From Eledone cirrhosa (Eukaryota): 64,000 nucleotides of DNA. The notes under the pieces were generated by a model. It was not told the DNA's origin. It ran no database searches and saw only the letters and a program-made list of their open reading frames with translations. The position numbers and the translations under genes are program-made. Every line of letters begins with the position of its first letter. Position 1 is the first letter of the stretch. Of the stretch, positions 15,718 through 26,975 are shown piece by piece. The stretch is taken from positions 36,456,001 through 36,520,000 of the forward strand of contig OZ024747.1 in the NCBI GenBank assembly GCA_964016885.1, in the 5' to 3' direction.

Positions 15718-15990
15718 CAAACCGACGGCTGATAAAGTGTATTTGATATAAAAAGAAAGCGCAAACAACGGACAGGTTTCTGCTTCAATTGTCTGCCGGG
15801 GGTTTCGGACATTTCAGCGCATTAAAAACAGTATGTCTATGCCGAGTGCGTCAATAACTGTTGTAAGTTATTGGTGAAGGAAAAAAGGATAAAATAAATT
15901 AAACAGAAGAGAAAGAGAGAGAAATGAAAACGCACAAAACACAGGAAGGTGAAACAGAAGTAGAAGCACATGTATGTAATTAACCGCAAG
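15396..15990. repeat. Diverged tandem duplication (~335-bp unit) with (GA)n
   Basis: tgataaagtgtattt..gcattaaa..acatgtatgta..taacc at ~15396-15645 and ~15731-15986, separated by (GA)n. Confidence 0.75.
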
Positions 15991-16064
15991 AGATACTTCG
16001 TTTTTGAATTTTTTTGTTGCAAGATTTCTTGTCTGAAAACGTGTGTTGAAATAGATATTGGGAG

Positions 16065-17280
16065 GGTCATGCTGCCCCCCCCCTAAACAAATACACAAAA
16101 CACACGCATCCGTTAGTTTTCACTTCAATTTATTATAAATTTTCGGTCGGTTGGTTGTCTTTCGTCACACATTCTGTGACCTCCTCAATAACTAGGTTTT
16201 TATTGTGTGTCTCTCCTTTTTTCTGTTGTACACCATCTTGTTTTTGTGTGCTTAGTTCACGCATGCGATTCATTATTATGTATTTATTTACTTGTCACTA
16301 GTCGGTGATTTGTTCTATCTGAGTGTGTCTAATTTGTTTCGTTAGTATGATTTTTGTGTGTGTATATTTTCATTTTGTCCTTAATTACTAGGTTTGATGC
16401 TGCTATTCCACTCATGTTTTCTGTTTAATATTGTTTGGAGTACGTTAATGTTTGTGTCCTTTGTGATGTGTCTGAACATTCCATCTGCCTGTGTATGGAT
16501 ATAATATTTATCTCTATGTTCTCTAATGTGCCCCTATGTTTAATTTTGGCATGTTGGTGGAGTACTGATGAGTATTTCCTATCCTATATTTCTCGCCAAT
16601 GTTCACTAATCCTTTCACCCATGCTACGGCTGTTTCACCTAATTATGTTTTGTTTTTATTCCTACACTGTCCCTCTTATGCTATAACTACGTTCCTAGTT
16701 TTGTAGTCAGTTTGCAGACTTAGCTTGGAAAATATTCCTTTCCTATCAACACAGGGGGATCTTTGAAATGACATGTTTTAATAATTAGGGTTTTATAGGA
16801 ATACGTGGTATTTCAAGTATATTTAATTTGACCTTGTCTAGGGACCCTTCTAAATCTGTAAGTTAGTTCACCGCTAGGGGTTGTATTGACGAACATTACA
16901 CTCTGGTATTTATTGGTATCATACCATGAATTTGTTTATTTGCCTTATTCCTAATCCGTTTTATTCTGTCCAAAGATATGCTCCTTTACATGGGGCAGGT
17001 CCCATTTGCATCACTTTCTACAATATTTGCCCATTTGGTTCTGGCTCCTTGATATAGCCTGATCTTGTCTTTCTGATAGTAGGCAGAGAACTGCATGCTG
17101 GGAATAAATGTTGTATGCATCTCTCTAATTCTCTGGGGTTGCACATGCGAGATACGTTCCTCATCACTCTTACTAAGCCCGCAAACAGTGTGTTGATTTT
17201 TATGTGATCCGAAACTGCTGAGATTCGGAGGATCAGATATTTGGGGTCATGGGATTGGCATAATCCGAATGGAGAATGTG
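16065..17280 (-). mobile_element. Inverted partial copy of the adjacent Penelope-like element (3' part and pLTR)
   Basis: The reverse complement aligns by eye with ~17975-19215 (e.g. cagcagtttcggatca.ataaaaatcaac; ggagccagaaccaaatgggcaaa), with many substitutions. Confidence 0.85.
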
Positions 17281-17305
17281 CGTTCTATTATGCTGTGCAA
17301 AAATT

Positions 17306-19220
17306 ACATCGAACTGATCAGAGAGAGTGATGTGGAATTCCGTGGGATTGATAACAGTGAGCTGAGACTCCTAATTAAACTCACATGCAATAAGGAATAA
17401 TTAGACACACATGACCGTTGCAACCTCTGCCCCACAAGGCCAGAAAGAGGCAAACTAACCACTATTTCCTCAATGGCCAAGATGACCCACACAGAGAGAA
17501 GGGCCGCGTGGGTAAGAGACATACGGACACCCTAAAAGCATGATGAATTACAGAAAGTGATAGCACATGCGGTGAGGACAGGTATAAAATAACTTTAAGG
17601 AACATATGTTCAAATTTAATGGCAAAACATCTGCCCAAGAGGAGGTGGCAGCTATTAGCGTTAGCATTGCATGTGACGTAGCTAACTTCTTTATGGTATG
17701 GTGGGACAGAGGACTTAAGGAACAATAAGACGACAATTTTATGACCCTGAACAAGTACTCCCGCTACGTAGATGACATAAATATCGTAGTAAAATCACCC
17801 CCACAGGAGAACAATTAGGCATTAGAGAAGAACACCATGGAAAGCATCCAACAAATAGCTAACACCTTCCACCAGAATAACAAAGTTACTATAGACTACC
17901 CAGCTAAACACTCCAACCATAAATTACCCGTACTAGACACAGAACTCTGGTTGGAAACTATTAATAATAGAAACCAAATCCTCCATTCGCCTTATGCCAA
18001 TCCAAATACCTCCACCGAAACTCAGCAGTTTCGGATCATATAAAAATCAACATACTGATTGCGGTCTTAATAAGAGTGGTCAGGAACGTGCACCGCATCT
18101 GCAACTCCAAAGAACTAGAGAGACACATACAACACTTAATCCACTGCATGCAGTTCTCTGGCTACAATCAGAGGTACAAGAACAGGGTATACAAAGGAGC
18201 CAGAACCAAATGGGCAAAGATTGCAGAAAATTGTGCAAATGCCATTTGCCCCATGCAATTTTGGAACAGAATAAAAAGAATTAGGAATAAGGCAAATAAA
18301 ATATAGTCATGGTATAATAGCAATAAATACCAGTAAATAAATGCCAATAAATACAATCCCTAGAGGCGAAGTAGCTTAGAGAATTAGAAGGGCCATAGAC
18401 AAGCTCAATTTAAATATTAAAATAGTTGAACGACCAGGTATTCAAATAAACCCCAATTAATAAAACGTACGCGTTTCAAAGATCCCCGTGTGCTGATAGG
18501 AAATGCATAGTTTGCAGGCTAAATCCCCAAACTAACTGCAAAACTAGGAACGTAGTATATAGCATACGGTGTACTATGGGACAGTGTAGGAATAAAAACA
18601 TAACATACATAGGTGAAACAGCCCGTAGCATAGAAGAAAGGATAAGTGAACACTGGAGAGGAATCCAGGATGGGAAAAACTCACCAGTACTTCACGAAGA
18701 TGCCAAAATAGAACATATGCTCACATTAGTGAACATAAAGATCAAAATTATGTCCACACAGAAAAGATGCAATGCTCAGACAAATCCCAGAGTTCACAAA
18801 CATAAACAAACTCCAACCCAAATTAAACAGAAACCATGAGTGGAAGAGTAACATCACAACTAGTAATTAAGGACAACATGAAGAGATACACACAAACAAA
18901 AAAGACCAAACTAACAAAACAAGTCAGACAGAAGAATTTCCCAACTAGTGACAAGTAAATAAACACATAAATAAATTAATAAACACACTCGGATGTAACG
19001 CATGCGTAAACTAAGCACACAACACACAACACACGAAAACAAGATGGTGTATGGCAGAACAAAGTAGAGACACAAAATAAAACCTATTCACTGAGGAGGT
19101 CACATAATGTTTGACGAAAGAGCTTTGACAATATAGAAACCTTCTGGTTATCGAAGCAACCAACCAACAGGAATTTTATAATAAATTGAAGTGAAAACCA
19201 ACAGGTGTGTGTTTTCTTCA
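17306..19220 (+). mobile_element. Penelope-like element (Neptune-like), degenerate: RT plus GIY-YIG plus pLTR
   Basis: Frameshifted RT motifs ..ACDVANFFMVWWD..YSRYVDDINIVV, LPVLDTELW; Zn-linker C..RKCIVC; EN motifs CKTRNVVYSIRC..YIGETARSIEERISEH; HHR at 19085-19133. Confidence 0.88.
19085..19133 (+). ncRNA. Type I hammerhead motif in Neptune-like pLTR
   Basis: tattca-CTGAGGA-ggtcacataatgtttgac-GAAA-gagc-TT-tgacaata. A degraded antisense copy lies at ~16160-16190. Confidence 0.65.
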
Positions 19221-19246
19221 AAGTATAGCAATATATATATACAAAG

Positions 19247-20360
19247 AATTACAACTTTGAAAGCCATGACAAATCGGGATTGGACAGAGAATGATTAAAT
19301 CAAAAGAAACTGAGTTTTACCTTAATTTATTCATATGTACTAATATTTCGAGATTAATATCTCTTCTTCTGATCAAAATAAAGGAACTATTCCAGTATCC
19401 AATGTGGCTTGCTATACCATGCTGGCCGGAAGTGGTTTTACTACTTTTTTTCTAACCACTTTTTGTTTTAAATTAAGGGCTGGGCAGATCAAAGGGGCAC
19501 ATAGTTGTTTCCTTTTAAATCTGCTTAGACGTATATACATTAATACGCGCTGAGACACACGTGCATGCGTAAATGTATGTGTGTAAGCATGCACGCAAAT
19601 AGGTAAACATACATGGGTAGAATCATGTAGAATGCATATACACGATTTCTCCCGGATAGATAATGTGTGCCCTTATGTGTAGCGTCCAGTCGCCTTGTAA
19701 GTTCGGTGTTGTGTGCCTAGTTCTGTTAGGTATAGTTTACCTCGGCAATCTCAGAATTAAAGAAGCATTAGTCACAGTCAGAACACACCCGCAAATCAGT
19801 TATAGACAATAACTAAACACACATTACCTAACAGAACTAGGCACATAACACCGAACTTACAAGGCCACTTGACGTTACAAATAAGGGTACACATAGGCCA
19901 CTTGCGAGCACATTATCCATCTGGGAGAAATCGTGTTTATGCATTCATGTGATTACACCATTCTACTCATGCGTGCTTACGTATTTGCTTGCGTGGTTAC
20001 ACACACACACATGTATGCATGCATGTGTATGTCAGCGCGTATTAATATATATGCGTGTAAGCGGATTTAAACAGAAACAACTATGTGCCTCTTTGGACTG
20101 TTCAGACCTTAATTTTAAAACAAAACATGTTAGAAAATTAAATGGATAAATAAATAATAAAATTACGTCCGGCCAGTATGGTGTAGCAAGCCACATCGGA
20201 CTCTGGAATAGTTCCTTTATTTTCCTTGGCAGAAGAGATATTAATCTCGAAATATCATGAAATATTAATAAATTAAGTTTTAATAAAAACAAGCTCCGTT
20301 TCTTATGATTCAATTATTTTCCGTCCAAACCCGCATTGTTGTGGCTTTGAAACTTCTAAC
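19247..20360. repeat. ~1.1-kb non-coding fold-back element
   Basis: Arms ~19247-19741 and ~19824-20360 are diverged reverse complements (e.g. gtaagttcggtgttgtgtgcctagttctgttaggta / tacctaacagaactaggcacataacaccgaacttac). Both carry CAGAAGA..GAT ATTA ATCTC-GAAA. Confidence 0.85.
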
Positions 20361-20419
20361 TCTTTATGCCATATACAATGCTTCAAGAAAACTTCAAATT
20401 CCTTATATACATATATTAC

Positions 20420-22345
20420 GTTCCCGTTCAATTTTATGGTATTTTCTACCACTATCACTAGGAATCAAGAAAAGCTTAGCTCACCTCTTCTTCATTGCTC
20501 TTGATAAATGCTTCCCAAAAACGCATAAATATAGTAGAATTTTTAATAGGCATACAATTAAACTCTTATAATCAACCAATATGAATATTGCCCAAAATAT
20601 AGCTAAAATTAATAATAGAAATCCCGAAACAATTCATAGGGAGTTAATCTCTAATGATAATCAGAGAATAACTAATAGAATAAACAACTCCTCGATTAAC
20701 AGCAATTATACTAATAACTTAAACGATGAAAACCTTAGGAACTACGATAACAGAGTGGCATCATTAAATAACAACGGGGGTAATTGCAATTGTAAAAATA
20801 GTTATTCTTGCCCATTAAGTAATAACTGTCTTGGCAGTAATTTAGTTTAAAAATGCATTGATAAAACAAAATATAAGTCGTATAATTATATTGGTGCCAC
20901 TTCCTCTAAATTGGTGGTATAATCAAAAGAGAAGACAAGAGATTTAGCATTGCTTTATGTGAATTAATTTAGTCACTTAAAAGTAATAATCGTTTCTACT
21001 CTTAACACAGGGCCAGCAATTATCCTAGTACGTTACTGGTACTTTATTTTATCGACTCCATAAGAATGAAAGGCAAAGTTAACCTTGGAGGGATTTGAAC
21101 TCAGAACGTAAAGGGACGTAACTATGATGTAAAGAATGACATCCGTTCCTCGACCGATACCGCCAATCCTACACCCTCACTTAAAAATAATTGTTTCTAC
21201 TTTTGGCACCAGGCCAGCAATTATCACAGTGCATTACTGGTACTTTATTTTATCGATCCCGTAAGGATGAAAAGCAAAGTTAACCTCGGCGGGATTTGAA
21301 CTCAGTTCGTAAAGGGACGTAACTATATGCTTCAAAGCATGGCGCCCGACCCTCTACCGATACTGCCAATCCGCCCTCACTTAAAAATAATAATATAGAA
21401 TATTCTCTTTCTTGGTATAAACTTTCTAATGCTTTACCATATATAAATTCTTCCATTTATAATGGCTGTAACTTATGATCCAGTGAAATTCTTTATATTC
21501 TTAAGAATAGGAATATAATTATTAATAAATAATCTGAGATATTTAACTCGTGCTTCCACTTATTCTCAAAAACGTTCAATGGAGTTTTTGTTAAGTTTTT
21601 AAATAGATAATATAATAGTGAATATATATAATTTTAATTCTCATCTCCACCTATTCTCGAAAACATTTAAAGTTTTAAATTAAGCTTTATATATAAAAAA
21701 ATAATAAGTTATGTATTACTCCTTTATATATAATTTTTAAACGATTTTTTTTTATTTTTGAATTTAGATTATACGGCAAAATAAAACTAATATTTTTTCT
21801 GTTATTTTATGTTATTGTTTCTCACTTATAATCTTCATCCGTTGCAATATTTCATCTACTTTAAATTTAGGTTCTATCTAAATAAATTAAATTTTTATAT
21901 AAATTAATAAATTTATCTATAATCCATGAATTCTTTTCCTTCTAAATAGTGGTAAACACAAAGTGGTAATAGTCGCTCATATACATACATTAACTATTTA
22001 AATAAGATTGTTAAATTGATGATGTTTAACATAGATATGTAAAATAATTTATCACATAACATTAACACCTACTCAACTATATTTTAAAAAAAAAAGAATC
22101 ATATCAATTATTAAATACTTTTCGACTCAATAATTTCAGTATCTAATTATACATAAACAAAGGTAACTTACAAATTCTATAATCCAAACTCTTTCCACCT
22201 TTATTATACAGTGGATACCCATATATGGACTGTACCACTTGATAAGTTCAGCTAGATTCCCGCCGTTTTAAAACTTGTGGTATAGTTCGGATATTGCTGT
22301 CGAAACGGCGGGATCTCAGCCCTCGGGGTGCTTATTCTTTTCCTA
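20420..22345 (+). mobile_element. Degenerate Penelope-like element 3' part (GIY-YIG, Hydra-like), split by two SINEs
   Basis: Broken frames FFIALDKCFPKTHKYSRIFNRHTIKL, CNCKNSYSCPLSNNCL, YNYIGATS. After the SINEs it resumes NIEYSLSW..GCNL*SSEILYILK..SCFH. Homologous to 38999-39922. Confidence 0.85.
20985..21380 (-). mobile_element. Two tandem Deu/Nin-domain SINEs
   Basis: Two ~195-bp copies (~20985-21178 and ~21186-21378) with the antisense core CTGGTACTTTATTTTATCGA..AAG.ATGAAA.GCAAAGTTAACC and B-box GGGATTTGAACTC. tcacttaaaa.taat occurs three times. Confidence 0.9.
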
Positions 22346-22491
22346 TATATATATAGTAGAAGGGATATTTAATTTGTTGGAAATACAACAAATATAAATG
22401 TTTATAACTGATTCAGAGCACTCGACAGATTTCTGGATTAAACATTCAATGATAATTAAATAAATGGAAATTATATTTATAAAACCATATT

Positions 22492-22554
22492 TATTCTATT
22501 ATATATATTTCAAGGGTACGAACAAACTTTGGTACGCTTTCATCAGATAACATA
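22492..22554 (-). ncRNA. Minimal type I hammerhead
   Basis: tatgttat-CTGATGA-aagcgtaccaaagtttgttcgtaccctt-GAAA-TATATATA-atagaata. Confidence 0.75.
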
Positions 22555-22713
22555 CAAAAAGAGTTTTATAAATTTTGACACAGCCAAGGAATTCATACCT
22601 TACCCGTGGAATTTTCTTTCTTGGGTAGTCAAGAAAATTCAGCTACCCAAGAAATTTCAACTGATAAGGTATGATTTCCTTGGCTATGTTTAAAATTTAT
22701 AAAACACTCTTTA

Positions 22714-22775
22714 TATTTTATCTGATGAAAGCGTACCAAATTTGTTGGTACACTTGAAATATATATAATAGAATA
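22714..22775 (+). ncRNA. Minimal type I hammerhead
   Basis: tattttat-CTGATGA-aagcgtaccaa atttg ttggtacactt-GAAA-T ATAT A TA-atagaata. 8-bp stem I, palindromic stem III, AUA cleavage triplet. Confidence 0.85.
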
Positions 22776-22831
22776 AATATGGTTTTATAAACATAATTTC
22801 CATTCATTTAATATCATTGTATATATATATT

Positions 22832-23274
22832 GAGTATATGTTAGTTGTTTACCGACACCTCAGTATGCAGATTGGAGCACTCGACGAAGTACCAGGCTGG
22901 TTTGGTTACTCTGGAGTAATGTAAAATAATTAATTCAACTATGTAAAATTTAGCTTCGTTTATTATAAATTATAGATATACTGCTATATATATTTCGGTG
23001 ACAGTCATCATTGGCTGTGACTTCTTCAGGTAGTTCGAATACTTCTGAGGAACTGGAATCATATGAATCCAGTTCTTCAGAGAAATAACAACACAATCAG
23101 GAGCTGGCCATATCGATGTATTGACGGAGTAAAACACACTTCAACAACATGTGTACCTGTCTTTCTCACACCAATTCGGACTGCCTGAAAAGGTCACAGC
23201 CAATGATGGCTGTGACCGAAATATATATAGCAGTATATATATAAACAAGCCAAATTTTACATATTTGACTTAAT

Positions 23275-23280
<6 letters not shown>
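22832..23280. mobile_element. Palindromic HHR element (family B), left arm internally deleted
   Basis: HHR on minus 22980-23034 (actac-CTGAAGA-..-GAAA-TATATATA-gcagt) and on plus 23180-23234 (CTGAAAA, 11-bp stem II). Apex ctgaggaactggaatcatatgaatccagttcttcag. Confidence 0.88.
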
Positions 23281-23360
<80 letters not shown>

Positions 23361-23409
23361 ATGCATACATACATACGTACGTACATATATATAGATATAT
23401 ATACATATG

Positions 23410-23504
<95 letters not shown>

Positions 23505-24070
23505 GTGTGTGTGTGTGTCTGTCTGTGTGTGCGTGTTCGCGCGGCGCGCGTGTGTGTTTGTGAGTGTGAGTGTGTATGCAATTATATATAAATGAGAGTA
23601 TGTGTGTGTTTAGCTTAGAATAATGATATCACCATTTCCACATTTAGAATGATATTATAACGATCGATCTCTCAGATCCATGGCTATGTAGCTTTATCAG
23701 ATATCCAGCGTCAAGGGAACGCTTATTGTATCACATGAACATTTAATTGGCTGTCAACCTTGCCATACATGCAGCAAATATGATGATACAAAGGAAATTA
23801 AATGCAGTTACGTTTAGAATTTATCTGACCGAGCTGAACAAAACAGTACTTCAGTTGGTGAGTAAATTTCCTACAACGTAATTTCCTTCAAAGCTAATCT
23901 CGCACGTGCACGAGAAAGGAATTTACACATGAACACGCAGACACAAACGCACACACACACACACATCCACACATCTACACAGACACACACATACACACAC
24001 ACATATATATATATATATATATGTGTGTATGTATATATATTTATATATATATATATATATATATGTATAT

Positions 24071-24140
<70 letters not shown>

Positions 24141-24145
<5 letters not shown>

Positions 24146-24666
24146 TAAATAAAAGTCAAATGATTAAAATTTGCCTTCGTTTATTACTGCTATATATATT
24201 TCAGTGACAGCCATCTTTGGCTGTGACCGCTTCAGGCAGTTTGAATTAGTATGGTATAGACAAGAACATATGTTGTTTAGGTGTATAATATTGTCAATAC
24301 TCTGATATGCCCAGTTCCTTGTTTGGTTGTTAATTCACTGAGGAACTGGGGTCATATGACTCCAGTTCCTCAGTGAATTAACAACCAAACAAGGAACTGG
24401 GCATATCAGAGTATTGACAATATTATACACCTAAACAACATATGTTCTTGTCTATACCATACTAATTCAAACTGCCTGAAGCGGTCACAGCCAAAGATGG
24501 CTGTCACTGAAATATATATAGCAGTAATAAACGAAGGTAAATTTTAATCATTTGACTTTTATTTAATTTTATTTTACACTACTCCGGAGTAACCAAACCA
24601 ACCTGCGCACTTCGTCGAGTGCTCCAGCCTGCATACTGAGGTGTTGGTATACAATCAACATGAACT

Positions 24667-24670
<4 letters not shown>
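24141..24670. mobile_element. Near-perfect 430-bp palindrome (family B) with paired hammerheads and a one-sided tail
   Basis: Arms 24141-24355 and 24356-24570, centre gtcat|atgac, 3 mismatches counted. HHR motifs at 24186-24240 (-) and 24471-24525 (+), both with core CTGAAGC. Tail 24571-24670; (TA)n on both sides. Confidence 0.95.
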
Positions 24671-24765
<95 letters not shown>

Positions 24766-24777
24766 TTTATATATATG

Positions 24778-25357
24778 TCGGGTCACCAGTTGGTGCTACT
24801 GGTAACATGTATCCCAGTACAACCTGTCCCATGGTCGGGTTGTTGGCGACTAAACTGGCAACCCACCAAGGTTTCTTGTTGAGGAGGGTGACTTTGAACA
24901 TCCTGTAGGACTAAAAACAAAACCTGTCAAAGGGCAAAGGAGCTCTTTAGAGTCAATGGCCATCCAAAATCACCGGGAGAGATGACCCCTTAGCCTTTTG
25001 TCAAGGCAGAATTCTAGGAGAAGGAAAACTCTGATATCACACCTGCAACGCTGATGGTATCCAATGATGTTGACTTGTTCTTTTTTTGGTATATATCATC
25101 TTTGTTAAGAGAGTGGGACTGGCTTTGTGTTTCACGGCACAAGCATTGCTTTATATCTGGAGATCTCTCTGCACTTGTCACCACATGGTACCATGGGCCT
25201 AGCACTATGTGTCAATAATTGTCACAAGTGTAGTGTTTGTACCAGAGTTTTCAAGTCGCATGCTGGACTAAAATGTCACACTCGTTCAGCGCATCGGTAG
25301 GGTTTCTCCTACATGGATATAATGTATTGGCTGTACTCGAAAACGAATTGGCAGCCA

Positions 25358-25360
<3 letters not shown>
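24778..25360 (+). mobile_element. Structured repeat resembling an RTE-group 5' UTR or RTE-derived SINE
   Basis: GC-richer insert between (TA)n arrays, containing GGGTTG..CAACCC, CCAGTT..AACTGG and TAGGAGAAGGAAAACTCTGAT, which I associate with RTE 5' regions. Confidence 0.4.
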
Positions 25361-25411
<51 letters not shown>

Positions 25412-25454
25412 TTTGCAAAGTTTTGATATGAAATTGTGTGTTGAAACAAACATA

Positions 25455-25978
25455 TATATATTTGGGGAGGATCATATTGTTATAATATTGCCAAATATAA
25501 TAATAAAACACAGTCACTGTTTGGTTTGGGTTTATTTTCGCTCTGTACCTTTTATACCTCCATAGTTAATTTATCTGGCAATCAATTTTATCATTGATTG
25601 ACCCACGGTTAAACATTCAGATATAAATATATACATATATAGTCTATCAAAGTTCTTTCGTCACACATCTGTCACATCACCAATGGTACTATTATGTTTC
25701 CTCTCGTTGTATTGTATTGTCTACGCCATTAGAATATAACGAGAGGAAACATAATAGTACCACTGATAATGTCACAGATGTGTGACGAAAGAACTTTGAT
25801 AGACTATTTATATATATTTATATATATTTTTAACCGTCAATCAATGACAAACATAAAATAACAATGGATTATATAAATGATACAGAAGCGAAAACCAATC
25901 CAAACCAAACAGGGAATGTGTTTTATAATTATTTCTGGCAATATTGTAACAATATGACCCTCCCCAAATATAACAATA
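25455..25978. mobile_element. Diverged palindromic element with Neptune-type pLTR arms and decayed HHRs
   Basis: Arms ~25455-25710 and ~25735-25978; CTGATAA-tgtcacagatgtgtgac-GAAA-gaac-TT at 25763-25796; terminal ATGACCCTCCCCAAA shared with ~16068 (antisense) and ~34684. Confidence 0.8.
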
Positions 25979-26975
25979 AATATATATGACGTGACGTCAC
26001 GTGTCTACAGCCCGTGTGTTCACAAATATGGTGTACAAATCATACGGAATAATGTCCAGCGTTAAGAAGCGGTTCCTGCCTACTTTCCTAATTTATTACC
26101 AAATGTCTGCACATATTTGCTTTGTGGTTCTATAGATGACCTTTTTGTGTAATGATTAAAGAAAAATATATTATCGAACCATTTAATCTTGCTTTCAAAA
26201 CTTGCTGTTCAGTATTATTGTCATTCACCCTTCTGGTGTCTGAATGAAGTAATTGTCTAAGTTTGCATTAAGAGTTACCAACCCTCTCAAACAAAAATGA
26301 AATAAATATTATTTACATGACGTATTACGGAGTAAAACCGGTAAAAGCATAAACTCTATATTCCAATTCATGTAACAACCGTTTCGAAGTGAAATTGCTC
26401 TATGGACAACTAAAATATTACCGTGAACACCCAACTTGCTATTTTTTTAGTGAAACTTTAGTAGTGTTACTTGGACCCCGCTTGAGAACCACTGCCATAA
26501 ACGATAGGACCAATCTAATGTGTGTGAATATGATGAAACTAGAGTAACCTATATATGAAATTAGTACGGGTCATGTTCGCAAATCGAGTTTCATTTTTGC
26601 TACAAACAGTAATAGAAATCAACAATCCCATTGCTAAATAGTAAGACATTATTTGTTATGTAGTTTTCCACTCAAGTTAAAACAAGGAAAATAGTTGTAA
26701 TTCAGAGTTCTGCTTTGCTTGATGCATGCTCTCGTGTATGGCTCGGGAAAGGTTGTGATAATCTTTAAATAATTTTGTGTTTCATTTGTCAGCAGTATAA
26801 TTTTTCAGAATATATTTACTTTCGATTTAAATCACAAGACGAGATATTTTTTCAGCTAATGCAGATAAGGGAGATTTCCCTATATGCATGAACATATTGT
26901 GTGTATATATATGTGAATAGTGCAGTTTTAAATCAATATATATATATATTTGTATGTATGTATATATATATAATT

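Larger units (their letters stand above)
22356..22820. mobile_element. Palindromic non-autonomous PLE derivative with paired hammerheads
   Basis: Arms ~22445-22630 and ~22640-22820 are inverted; HHR on minus 22492-22554 and plus 22714-22775; left arm has a ~90-nt extra tail; TA flanks. Confidence 0.88.

Noticed and set aside
24141-24570. DNA-transposon MITE or CRISPR-like interpretation of the palindromes
   Set aside because: No symmetrical TIR termini or repeat-spacer pattern; the arms are asymmetric, carry HHRs, and related elements in the window share ends with PLE-coding copies.
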